A stretch of 42,741 bases of DNA, from contig SLPQ01000065.1 of NCBI GenBank assembly GCA_007131925.1, positions 1 through 42,741 of the forward strand. Reading direction: 5' to 3'. Of this stretch, positions 18,655 to 27,549 are shown piece by piece. The stretch comes from Candidatus Brocadiia bacterium. Lineage in GTDB: Bacteria > Planctomycetota > DG-23 > SLPQ01. The translations under genes and the position numbers were made by a program. The notes below the pieces were generated by a model. The model ran no database searches and had not been told where the DNA came from. It saw only the letters and a program-made list of their open reading frames with translations. Every line of letters begins with the position of its first letter. Positions within the stretch are counted from its first letter, which is position 1.

Positions 18655-20535
18655 TCAGAGAAAAAATGCCCGGAACCTTTCGATCGTCGTTCGAAAGAGC
18701 ACGTACAGGACATGTCGTCTTCCGGCCTCAATTGAGGCCGATCCGCTCACGCCGACCCGCAGCGCTTCGGTGGTTTCATCATCCATCGGCAGGCACCTGA
18801 CGACAAAGACGTTCTGGCCGGCCATGGGGCGCGTGGTGGGGCTTATGTGGTCGACCCGCCAGCGATAAACCACGTTGGGGGCGCCGCTGAGCGCAAACTT
18901 GACCGTATTACCCACCTCCACAAAGCGTATATCCCTCTCTTGGACCTCCACCTCGAGTACGAGCTGGGAGATATCCGCGATCTCAGTCAGGGGATCCCCG
19001 GCGTTCATAACCGAGTTGAGCGAGGCATTCAGCTGGTCTCGTGGGGTGACGATGAGTCCGTCAATGGGGCTTTTTATTTCCATGCCGGCGAGCCTCAAAC
19101 GGGCGTTTTCCAGCCTGGCGTCGAGGATGCTCAGCTCAATGTCGGCCAGGCTCGCCGCGGCCGGATTGGTCGCGCGCTTGATCTCACGGTCTGCCTCCTT
19201 GAGGTGCATCTGCAGCTCGATGTCCCTGATGGTGTTCAAGACCTCCCGCTGATCCATCACCGCGATCGTCTCCCCGGCCATGACAAAGTCGCCCTCTGTC
19301 TTGAGAAGCCGCTCTATCTTGCCCTGATAGCGAGGCGCGGCAAATGCGCTCACGCGCGGTGCCAGGCGGCACTCACCCCTTATAGTCAGGTCCCAACTTC
19401 CAAAGGCGAGAAATGCCACCGCCGCTGCAATCAGCGCTACCTTCGCCAGAAATCCGATCCTCTGCGACCCGGTAGCCCGTTTCTTTATGGCGGCCGCCTT
19501 GCGGACAAGGCGGATGCCAGGCATCTTTTCGACCTCGCGCGCCCTCAGAAGGGCACCGGCCGACGACCTGCAAAAGCCCTGCACGAGGGAAAAGTCCTGC
19601 GGCGAATGCCCCTGCTGACTGCGCCGCTCAAAGCCCATGACCGCCAGAAGCGAGTCTTGATGCTCCAGGCGCATAAACAGCACCGACTTGTACTCGCTGG
19701 CCTCAAAGTACAGCCGCAGCCTCTCGCGCAGGTCTTCATCCTCCACCTTTTCGAGATATGCCGCGGTAAAGTGCCAGTCACCCCCTATGCGCGCCACCTC
19801 GGATACGAGCTGTCTTAAGTTTTGCACGGCCGCGCCCTGCTGCGAGACGTCGTCGATGCCGGATATGGCAGCTATGCGAAAGCCCGTGCGCGTGGGCAGC
19901 GCCACAAAGGTCCTGTCGAAAAAGACCATCTCCCGGACGCGGTTGGCCAGTGTAAAGGCCATCCGTTCAAGATCATCTGCGCATGCGAGCTCGCTTTCGA
20001 TCTCGGCCAGTTTGGCAAGCCTGCCGGCGGTCTCCTTGCTGCCTCGCAGCTGCAGGTTGGCGAAATATACCACCAGGTATACGCAAAGGCTCTGAAGCGT
20101 GTGAACGTCGTCCCGCGCGTAGGCGGCGTTTTCCCGCTTTCGCCGCGCGAAAAGCACCACCGCCTGCGTGGTCTCATCAAGCTCGACCGGCACGGCTATA
20201 AGGCAGACATCCTGCAGCTCCTGGACCTCCTCACCCTCCTCCGGATAGTACAATACGGGCTGCTTCTGCTCGATTGTGCGGTAGACGATGCGGGTGATGT
20301 TTTCCTCGCTGAGGCTGCTGAGAGGCCCCTCTTCTGGCAGGTGCGATGCCTTCGGCACGAGCTGGCGGTTCTTTGAATCATAGAGCCACAGACTGCCCCC
20401 CTCCGCGGCCATGCCGACATAGAGCATTCGGAAGAATTCCTTGAAGAACTCATCCGGACCAACGTCGCTACGCGCCAGGCGCGCCAGTCTGGCTGCTATG
20501 GGAAGTGTCTGTCTGCCGGTGGTTTCCTGCGCCAA
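18655..20535 (-). CDS. Tandem GAF-like domains + TM helix + HlyD/membrane-fusion protein
   Basis: TTG start after AGGAGG. N-terminal GAF-like region (GSLWLYD..LIAVPV..YARDDVHTL), TM FLAKVALIAAAVAFLAF, APRYQGKIERLLKTEGDFV, IKSPIDGLI, LRVGVSGSASI. Confidence 0.85.
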   Translation of the reverse strand: MAQETTGRQTLPIAARLARLARSDVGPDEFFKEFFRMLYVGMAAEGGSLWLYDSKNRQLVPKASHLPEEGPLSSLSEENITRIVYRTIEQKQPVLYYPEEGEEVQELQDVCLIAVPVELDETTQAVVLFARRKRENAAYARDDVHTLQSLCVYLVVYFANLQLRGSKETAGRLAKLAEIESELACADDLERMAFTLANRVREMVFFDRTFVALPTRTGFRIAAISGIDDVSQQGAAVQNLRQLVSEVARIGGDWHFTAAYLEKVEDEDLRERLRLYFEASEYKSVLFMRLEHQDSLLAVMGFERRSQQGHSPQDFSLVQGFCRSSAGALLRAREVEKMPGIRLVRKAAAIKKRATGSQRIGFLAKVALIAAAVAFLAFGSWDLTIRGECRLAPRVSAFAAPRYQGKIERLLKTEGDFVMAGETIAVMDQREVLNTIRDIELQMHLKEADREIKRATNPAAASLADIELSILDARLENARLRLAGMEIKSPIDGLIVTPRDQLNASLNSVMNAGDPLTEIADISQLVLEVEVQERDIRFVEVGNTVKFALSGAPNVVYRWRVDHISPTTRPMAGQNVFVVRCLPMDDETTEALRVGVSGSASIEAGRRHVLYVLFRTTIERFRAFFL

Positions 20536-20680
20536 GATAGCCTCCTGAAGCCCATAACTTATAGTAGTTTAAAACAACCAACTCAAAGTTCAAGTGCCGA
20601 TACTGTTGCATTGCAAAGCTTGACACAACGGGAATAATCGTTACACTGCTCATGTTCAATTTGAAGGAGCGATACAGATA

Positions 20681-20866
20681 GTGTATAATTCAATAATTGA
20701 CAGTGAACTTCTTCAAATCCTGGCCTGCCCGGCCTGCAGGGGCCCGCTCGCCGAAAAAGGCGGGCGGCTCTCATGCAGTACCTGCAGCCGCGTATATCCT
20801 GTAAGGCAGGGCATACCGATACTGCTCGAAGAAGAAGCCCTGCCGATTGAAAAAGGGCTGGATTGA
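20681..20866 (+). CDS. Trm112/UPF0434 family small zinc-binding protein
   Basis: LLQILACPACRGPL...LSCSTCSRVYPVRQGIPILL. SD GAAGGAG. Confidence 0.88.
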   Translation: MYNSIIDSELLQILACPACRGPLAEKGGRLSCSTCSRVYPVRQGIPILLEEEALPIEKGLD

Positions 20867-20896
20867 GAGCTGGCCAGCCGGCATGGAGCGTGCGAC

Positions 20897-21646
20897 TTGA
20901 AGGCCGTCATCTCTGACATTCACAGCAATATAGAAGCGCTTTCGGCTGTTCTGGACGACATTAAAGGCCGGGGCATCAGGGAGATAATATGCCTCGGAGA
21001 TATAATCGGATACGGCCCGAATCCCAAGGAATGCATTGACCTTGCCCGCGAGTTCAAGCTGACAATCCTCGGCAACCACGACGAGGCAGCGCTCTGGAGC
21101 GAGCAGACAGAGTCTTTCAACCCGATCGCCCATAGTGCTGTCGAATGGACCAGAGGCGTGCTCGAAGATGCCAGAGACTCATTTCGAAACAACAAGCGCT
21201 GGGGGTTTCTGGGAGAGCTTCAGCGCACCTTTTCTGAAGGCTCCAGTCTTTACGTACACGGCTCTCCGAGGCGGCCGGTAAGAGAGTACATATTTCCCGA
21301 GGATATCGCCAATAATGCCAAGATGTCGGATGTATTCGCCCAGATAGATCATATCTGCTTTATAGGACATACCCACATGCCGGGCGTTTTCACCGATGAT
21401 ATGACTTTCAAACCGCCCCAGGAAGTCTTCAACAAGTTTCAACTCAACGCCGCCAAGACAGTCGTGAACGTAGGGTCTGTAGGCCAGCCGCGTGACGGTG
21501 ACAATCGAGCCTGCTACGTGGTCCTGGATGGGGCAAAGGTGGAATGGGTCCGCGTCCAGTACGACTTCGAGGCCACCATGAAAAAGATTTACGAAGTCCG
21601 CGAGCTGGATAATTTCCTCGCCGACCGCCTTGCCGAAGGCAGGTAG
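20897..21646 (+). CDS. Metallophosphoesterase family protein (YfcE/MJ0936-like)
   Basis: ISDIHSN, LGDIIGYG, GNHD, VHGSP, GHTH, NVGSVGQPRDGD. Confidence 0.92.
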   Translation: MKAVISDIHSNIEALSAVLDDIKGRGIREIICLGDIIGYGPNPKECIDLAREFKLTILGNHDEAALWSEQTESFNPIAHSAVEWTRGVLEDARDSFRNNKRWGFLGELQRTFSEGSSLYVHGSPRRPVREYIFPEDIANNAKMSDVFAQIDHICFIGHTHMPGVFTDDMTFKPPQEVFNKFQLNAAKTVVNVGSVGQPRDGDNRACYVVLDGAKVEWVRVQYDFEATMKKIYEVRELDNFLADRLAEGR

Positions 21647-21672
21647 CCGCGCACCCGCTTTGAAGGATTGGA

Positions 21673-23604
21673 ATGGACAAGAGAACCGTTGCCGCCGTTG
21701 CCATCACCATTGCCTTTTTCGTGATATGGTCATGGCTGATCTTGCCGTACTTTGGAATAGGCCCAGCCCCTGTCGAGGATGAGACACCGGCTGTCGAGCG
21801 GGATGTCCCAGTCGATGAGCTGCCTGTCGAGCCGACACCTGCGGAGCCGGTTACGCCGCCTGTTGCAGTGCCGCCGGTCGAGCCGGTGCCTGAGAGAGAG
21901 GCAGCTGTCGCGCCGGACGAAGATGTAGATGTGATCAGCCCGGACTACGTCATACCGCCTGAATACAGGCAGGAGAACCTTCAGGATGCCCTGATCACCG
22001 TCGAGACCGACCTGCTCAGCGTTGACTTCACGGCAATGACCGGCTCGGTAAAGAGTGTAACTCTGAAGGAATACGAAGACTTTGAGAGAACCGGCAACCT
22101 CGTGCTGCTCGAGGATTTCACCGAGGGCATATTTCCCACTGAGATCGCCCAGATCGAAGGGCTTGACATCAGTGACCGCCTGTGGCGGCTCGAGCAGGAA
22201 CCTCTCGCCGACGAAGACGGCATAACGCGCGTTTCTTTTGCCACGATCCTTGAGCACGGCATTGCCGTGACCAAAACCTACATCCTGTATCCGGACAGGT
22301 ATGGATTTGCACTCCAGGTGCAAGTGGAAAACCTGCTCGACTCGACACGCCGCATTTCGTACGAAATCCTCGGCCCCACGGGCGTCCCCTCAGAGGACGT
22401 CGCAAAAAATGACGTCCAGGGAGTGCTCGCGACCGTGCCCGCCGAAGCCGGGCTCGAAGGCAAGATGGATGTCAGTATGCGTGCAGCGGCCAGCCTGATC
22501 ACCGAAGGAAGAAACAGGGGCCGACTTGTTACCGACCCCACTATGCGCGTCACCTTCGCCGGCGCTCTCAACAGGTATTTCGCATCCGTACTGCGCCCCT
22601 CCATCGACGTGCCTGTCGATAGGGCATGGAGCGACGCCTATTACGACAGCGCCCTGGGCATAACCGAGCTTGAGGGGCTCACCGCCGAAGATGCACGTCA
22701 CAGATACACTCCTGAGCAGCGGGGCAATATCGCAAGCTATTTTTACACCGCCGGCTCAGGCTTCGTGGTAAACACAGGTGAGCTTGCACCTTTCGGCAGC
22801 GCGGGGTCGGCTGTTGTGCACGACTACCTGATGTACAGCGGCCCGAAGGAGAGCCAGGCGCTGGCGGGTTTTGACACGGAGGCATTCAGGACGGGCTTTC
22901 CGGTGCTCCTGGACTACGGGATGCTCGAGCCGCTCGTCAAACTCATCCTGATACTCTTGCGCGCCTTCTATATCGCTATCCCCAACTGGGGTATTGCGAT
23001 TATTATCCTGACGCTCGTGATGCGCGGAGCCATGCACCCGCTGATGCGCAAGAGCCAGGTTTCCATGGCCAAGATGCAAAAGCTGCAACCGCAGATCAAG
23101 AAGCTCCAGGAAAAATACAAGAAGGACAAGCAGCGCCTTGGCCAGGAACAGATGAAGCTTATGAAGGAGTCAGGCGCAAACCCGCTTGGCGGCTGCCTGC
23201 CCATGCTTATACAGCTGCCTATCTTCTTCGCGCTTTACCGCTCGCTGATGCTGTCGATAGAGCTCAGACATGCCCCTTTCATCCTATGGATCAACGACCT
23301 AGCTCAGCCCGACAGACTGATGGAGCTGCCGTTTGTCCTGCCGCTTCTGGGAACCCCCTGGCTGAACCTGCTGCCGATAGCCATGGTAAGCTCCATGATA
23401 GTCCAGCAGCGCATGATGCCGAAGGGAGCTACGCCTGAGGCAGCCCAGCAGCAGCGGCTGATGGCATTTTTCATGCCTGTCTTCATAGGTTTCATACTGT
23501 ACAATCTCGCTGCCGGGCTCAACCTTTACATCTTTACCAGCACCGTGTTCGGCATTGCCGAGCAGTGGTGGGTGAAACGACACCTTGCCGCGCAGGAAGG
23601 CTGA
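21673..23604 (+). CDS. yidC: Membrane protein insertase YidC
   Basis: N-terminal TM helix, Pro/Glu-rich linker, large periplasmic domain, then NWGIAIIILTL, MQKLQPQIKKLQEKYK, NPLGGCLPMLIQLPIFFALY, WINDLAQPD. Confidence 0.95.
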   Translation: MDKRTVAAVAITIAFFVIWSWLILPYFGIGPAPVEDETPAVERDVPVDELPVEPTPAEPVTPPVAVPPVEPVPEREAAVAPDEDVDVISPDYVIPPEYRQENLQDALITVETDLLSVDFTAMTGSVKSVTLKEYEDFERTGNLVLLEDFTEGIFPTEIAQIEGLDISDRLWRLEQEPLADEDGITRVSFATILEHGIAVTKTYILYPDRYGFALQVQVENLLDSTRRISYEILGPTGVPSEDVAKNDVQGVLATVPAEAGLEGKMDVSMRAAASLITEGRNRGRLVTDPTMRVTFAGALNRYFASVLRPSIDVPVDRAWSDAYYDSALGITELEGLTAEDARHRYTPEQRGNIASYFYTAGSGFVVNTGELAPFGSAGSAVVHDYLMYSGPKESQALAGFDTEAFRTGFPVLLDYGMLEPLVKLILILLRAFYIAIPNWGIAIIILTLVMRGAMHPLMRKSQVSMAKMQKLQPQIKKLQEKYKKDKQRLGQEQMKLMKESGANPLGGCLPMLIQLPIFFALYRSLMLSIELRHAPFILWINDLAQPDRLMELPFVLPLLGTPWLNLLPIAMVSSMIVQQRMMPKGATPEAAQQQRLMAFFMPVFIGFILYNLAAGLNLYIFTSTVFGIAEQWWVKRHLAAQEG

Positions 23605-23842
23605 GAAAGTCTCTGTACCTTCACTCTCGATGCGCAAGGCCTTTCAAGCTTCTCGCGGCGCCGTCGCCGCGTGGACACTCCTGCGCATCGAGGCTGCCCT
23701 GCTTCTGGTAAGATCTGCACAGAAAGCCACCTCAAGAAAACGGCAAATCAGCCACTCCCCGTGCGGCCACTCCGGGCGAGTGCAATGCCCTGAGATCAGA
23801 GCTCGCCTTTGTCGGCGCAGGCGCTCAATGCGGGAACGCGCC

Positions 23843-23928
23843 AAATAAAAAACCCCTGCGACGCCTTGCTGAGTTAAAGTAGCAGGAACGAACATATAGG
23901 GGGATGGCGCCAGCGACCGCAGGGGTTT
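23843..23928 (-). terminator. 3' stem plus U-tract (terminator-like domain) of the candidate sRNA
   Basis: Minus strand AAACCCCUGCG...CGCAGGGGUUU followed by UUUAUUU. The interior is additionally paired (GGCGCC/GGCGUC, UGCU/AGCA). The loop is larger than in a textbook terminator. Confidence 0.6.
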
Positions 23929-24165
23929 GTCTTTCTGCCGGGGACAAGTTCGACACTTACATGGCCACACCCTGTATGCCGCTCATCCCCGAAACAGTAT
24001 GGGGAGGCGAGCAGGCCCCTCAAGAGCCCGCTCGACAATCTCCAACAGCGTCTTTTCAAAGATCTACCCGGCGTTTCAAAAACAAGAGCAGTTACGAAAC
24101 GTTTGTCGCCATGTCGGCGGGTCATTTCGTTCCTGCAGTTGGCGGCAAAAACACAACGCCGCCGA
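23843..24165 (-). ncRNA. Candidate sigma-54-dependent structured small RNA (~320 nt), no family recognised
   Basis: Lies between a perfect sigma-54 promoter and a terminal stem plus U-tract. It has several hairpins and an 11-nt long-range complementarity, and no credible ORF. Confidence 0.6.
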
Positions 24166-24174
24166 CACACCATG

Positions 24175-24190
24175 AGCAATAGCCGTGCCA
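24175..24190 (-). promoter_or_regulatory. Sigma-54 (RpoN) -24/-12 promoter
   Basis: TGGCACGGCTATTGCT is an exact match to the TGGCACG-N4-TTGCW consensus. Predicted +1 near 24164. Confidence 0.8.
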
Positions 24191-24346
24191 AAAGCCCTTA
24201 CAAAGTAACACTCGCCAAGCATGCGCACAATGACCGTCACCGTAACCTATGGATGATTAAGGGCTTGAGACCATCTTGAATGATGATCGACACCGGCCGA
24301 ATTTCGGTTGATCCGGGATCGCGGGGGCATGTGTGGATGCACCGGA

Positions 24347-24456
24347 TGTATATCGCGCTATACATCTCCGCCGCGGCAAAGATCGTAACAGAAGGTGTCA
24401 TACAGTGTTAGACAGATATGTACTGTTCCGCTATACAGTGTATAGGGCCGAATACA
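24347..24456. promoter_or_regulatory. Cluster of four palindromic upstream activator-like sites
   Basis: TGTA-N10-TACA (24347-24364), TGTC-N11-GACA (24396-24414), TGTA-N11-TACA (24419-24437) and TGTA-N10-TACA (24439-24456), 157-266 bp upstream of the sigma-54 site. Confidence 0.55.
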
Positions 24457-24462
24457 TGCACG

Positions 24463-25422
24463 CTAAGCGCACCGGATGCGCCTGCGCCACCATGAGAGTA
24501 GCCCTGCAAGGCTCTCTTCGATAGGGGTTCTGCCGGGCTGCCAGCCCGTCCTGTAACGAAACTTGGTGTTATCCCCCACCACTACCGGCGTGTCCGACGG
24601 GCGCATCTTGGCCTGATCAGCGACAACCTCTATCTCGCAGGAGGCCATTTTAAGCAGAATCTCAAGAATGTGCCCAACTTCAACAGCTCTACCGCTGGCG
24701 ACATTGTATATCTCGCCCGCCTCGCCTTTCTGCGCCGCGGCCAGGTATGCACGCGCCACGTCGCGAACGTCGCTGTAATCCCGCATCGAACGAAGGTTTC
24801 CGACCGATATGCGCGGCGGGTCGAGGCCCGCTTCTATTCTCGCTACAGCCATTGCGAAGTCGCTTGGTGCAAAGCCCGGCCCCTGACGGGGTCCGGTGTG
24901 GTTGAAGGGGCGCAATATTACCACTGGCAGGGACTCCGTACGCCATCTTTCGAGGGCTATTATCTCACCTGCCGCCTTGGACGCTGCATAGGGGTTTGAG
25001 GGTTTCACCCGCTTGCTTTCACGTACCGGCGTATCATCGGGCCTGACGTGGCCGTAAACATCCGCCGATGATACGTGGACGATCTTCGAAAGCTTGCAGC
25101 GTGCAATTTGATAGTACAGGTTTGCAGTGCCGAAGGCATTGACCCGCACAGCCTCGGCGGGGCTTTTCAGGGAAAGGGGCACACTGGCAAGCGCGGCAAG
25201 GTGAAATACCCAGTCCGCCCTCAGGCTCGTCAGCGCAGCGGCGAGATCATCAGCGTTGCAGAGGTCCGCGCTGGCCAGGCGCAGACGTCCGGCAAAGCCA
25301 TCAAGTCGGGAGAGATCCTCGCCGGGACGCGCTATTCCGGTGACCTCCAAGCCCTCTTCCAGCAGCAGCTCTGCAAGGTGCGAGCCGGCAAAGCCCGCTA
25401 TGCCTGTTATGACAGCATGCAT
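24463..25422 (-). CDS. rmd: GDP-4-dehydro-6-deoxy-D-mannose reductase (Rmd)-like extended SDR
   Basis: ITGIAGFAGSHL, HLAALASV, SSADVYG, YAASK, RPFNHTGPRQ, GNLRSMRDYSDVRDV. Directly downstream of gmd. Confidence 0.8.
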   Translation of the reverse strand: MHAVITGIAGFAGSHLAELLLEEGLEVTGIARPGEDLSRLDGFAGRLRLASADLCNADDLAAALTSLRADWVFHLAALASVPLSLKSPAEAVRVNAFGTANLYYQIARCKLSKIVHVSSADVYGHVRPDDTPVRESKRVKPSNPYAASKAAGEIIALERWRTESLPVVILRPFNHTGPRQGPGFAPSDFAMAVARIEAGLDPPRISVGNLRSMRDYSDVRDVARAYLAAAQKGEAGEIYNVASGRAVEVGHILEILLKMASCEIEVVADQAKMRPSDTPVVVGDNTKFRYRTGWQPGRTPIEESLAGLLSWWRRRIRCA

Positions 25423-25423
25423 G

Positions 25424-26389
25424 TCACTTCTCACAGGACAGGCGTTCGAGGTCGGCTGCGACCATCATCTCCACCAGTCCGTCAAAATCAACTCGCGGGC
25501 GCCACTTGAGCTGCCTGTGAGCCTTTGAGGCATCGGCGATGAGATGATCCACCTCCGCCGGCCTGAAAAATGCATCATCTATGACCACGTGCTTTTCCCA
25601 GTCGAGGTCTGCCGCGGCAAAGGCCTTTTCCACAAAGTCGCGAACGCTGTGCGACTTTCCTGTCCCGACAACAAAATCAGACGGCTCGTCCTGCTGCAGC
25701 ATCAGCCACATGGCTCTGACGTAGTCACCGGCAAAGCCCCAGTCCCGGTGCGCATCAAGGTTTCCCAGATGCAGCTCGTCCTGAAGCCCCGCCCTGATGC
25801 GCGCGATGCCGTCGGTTATCTTTCGCGTCACAAACTCCCTGCCTCGCCGTGGCGACTCATGGTTAAAAAGTATCCCCGAGCATGCGAAGAGGCCGTACGA
25901 TTCACGATAATTCATCGTAATGTAGTGGCCATAAACCTTGGCTACACCGTACGGGCTGCGCGGATGAAACGGTGTGTCTTCGTTCTGGGGGACCTGGCGG
26001 ACCTTGCCGAACATCTCCGACGAAGATGCCTGGTAAAAGCGTATTCCAGGGTTTACGAGGCGCACCGCCTCGAGCATCCTCGTGACGCCGATGCCGGTAA
26101 ACTCCCCTGTAAGAACGGGCTGCACCCAGGAGGTGGGCACGAAGGACATCGCAGCGAGGTTGTAAAGCTCCTCCGGCTGGACCTCGCGCAGGATGCTTAT
26201 GATGGAGAGCTGGTCGAGCAGATCCGCCTGGTGAAGAATCAGCCGGGGCTTGAGATGCGCAATCCGCTCAAACTTCTCTGTGGACGAGCGGCGCACCATG
26301 CCGTGAACCTCATAACCCTCTTCCAGAAGAAGCTCGGCCAGGTATGAGCCGTCCTGGCCTGTAATGCCGGTTATGAGCGCCCTTTTCAT
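25424..26389 (-). CDS. gmd: GDP-mannose 4,6-dehydratase
   Basis: [58 protein letters not shown]. The start is one of three tandem ATGs (26389-26395). Confidence 0.96.
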   Translation of the reverse strand: MKRALITGITGQDGSYLAELLLEEGYEVHGMVRRSSTEKFERIAHLKPRLILHQADLLDQLSIISILREVQPEELYNLAAMSFVPTSWVQPVLTGEFTGIGVTRMLEAVRLVNPGIRFYQASSSEMFGKVRQVPQNEDTPFHPRSPYGVAKVYGHYITMNYRESYGLFACSGILFNHESPRRGREFVTRKITDGIARIRAGLQDELHLGNLDAHRDWGFAGDYVRAMWLMLQQDEPSDFVVGTGKSHSVRDFVEKAFAAADLDWEKHVVIDDAFFRPAEVDHLIADASKAHRQLKWRPRVDFDGLVEMMVAADLERLSCEK

Positions 26390-26634
26390 CATCATTTCCC
26401 CCAAATAAAATTAACAGCCTGCACCGCGGTAGACGTCTTTGCAGCAGTCAGCGTAGTATACACTAAGCCGCGCCCTCTTGCATCAGAATAAGCCCCTTTG
26501 CCGCGCGCAGGCAGCGCGATTGCCCGGGAGCCGTGTATCGCCCCCTGCGCACAGTTGCGGCCCTGGAGGCTCGTGATTAAAATTATGACCTTAGGGCATG
26601 TTTTCACCTTCTTTTTTGCAGAGAGGCGATTTCT

Positions 26635-27549
26635 TTGGACGCAAGCGCAAGTCTCGGCATGGTACTGGGCCTGGCAACAGCCTTTGCCATCGGCCTTTTC
26701 ATGGTGCCGCGCAGATATTTCAGGGGCAACACGATCACCTTTCTGGTGGGGATGACATTCGGGGCGATGGCTGGAAACGGCGCCTATTGGTTTTTGGCCG
26801 GCATGCCGTTTTCAATGCGGCCTATGGCTTTATTTTCGCTGGTTCCCGGCATAAACTGGGCTGTAGGCACCTTCGCTTATGCTCATGGCACGCACAGGGT
26901 GGGTCTGGCCAAGGCCACAGGCATCAAGAATACCCAGGTCCTGGTCGCCACCACGGGCGCTTTCATCTTCTTCGGTGAGGCCGAGACCACCAGGCCGACG
27001 TTAGCATTTCTGGGAAGCGCCCTCGTCGTAGCGACTGCCTTTATTCTCTCAAGAATCCGCCACCGCGACGAGGTCCTCCCGCACGCAGGCCTCGGCGGGT
27101 ACCTGATACCGATAATAGCAAGCCTCCTTTACGGCCTCAACGGGCTCATGATGACTGTTCTGATCGGGGCCGATATCCCGCGTGCACAGATTAACCTCGG
27201 CATCGGCACTGGCGCGTTCATCGGCGGAGTCGCGGTGTATCTTCTTGCAGAGCGCAGGCTCGACTTTGTACGCGCGGCGACCTTTTCCCAGCATGGGTTG
27301 GCCGTTCTCGGGGGACTCGTATGGTCGCTTGCCCTTGTTACAATGGTGCTGGCTATCGACTTTGCGGGCCTTGCGGTGGCATGGTCGCTGATGAATCTCT
27401 CAATCGTCGTAAGCGTACTTTACGGAGTAGTGCTCTTTCGGGAGGTGGACCTGACCCTGCGCTGGAAGCAGGTGGCAGCGGGCCTTCTTGTGGCATCCAT
27501 GGGTGTGCTGGCGCTGTATCTTTCCAAGGCTATCCCCGCCCCGGTGTAG
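26635..27549 (+). CDS. DMT superfamily (GlcU/RhaT-like sugar uptake) 10-TM transporter
   Basis: Ten hydrophobic segments in two repeats; GLFMVPRR, GINWAVG..VGLAKA, GGLVWS..GLAVAWSL..YGVVLFRE. TTG start after GAGAGG. Confidence 0.75.
   Translation: MDASASLGMVLGLATAFAIGLFMVPRRYFRGNTITFLVGMTFGAMAGNGAYWFLAGMPFSMRPMALFSLVPGINWAVGTFAYAHGTHRVGLAKATGIKNTQVLVATTGAFIFFGEAETTRPTLAFLGSALVVATAFILSRIRHRDEVLPHAGLGGYLIPIIASLLYGLNGLMMTVLIGADIPRAQINLGIGTGAFIGGVAVYLLAERRLDFVRAATFSQHGLAVLGGLVWSLALVTMVLAIDFAGLAVAWSLMNLSIVVSVLYGVVLFREVDLTLRWKQVAAGLLVASMGVLALYLSKAIPAPV

Noticed and set aside
21770-21930. Pro/Glu/Val-rich quasi-repeats near the start of yidC
   Set aside because: This is an ordinary low-complexity linker, not a DNA repeat array or CRISPR.
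23874-24191. ORFs across the candidate sRNA (105 aa minus; 92 aa and 82 aa plus)
   Set aside because: The minus ORF starts inside the sigma-54 promoter itself. The 23904 ORF has its G-run abutting the ATG with no spacing. None has protein-like composition or motifs.
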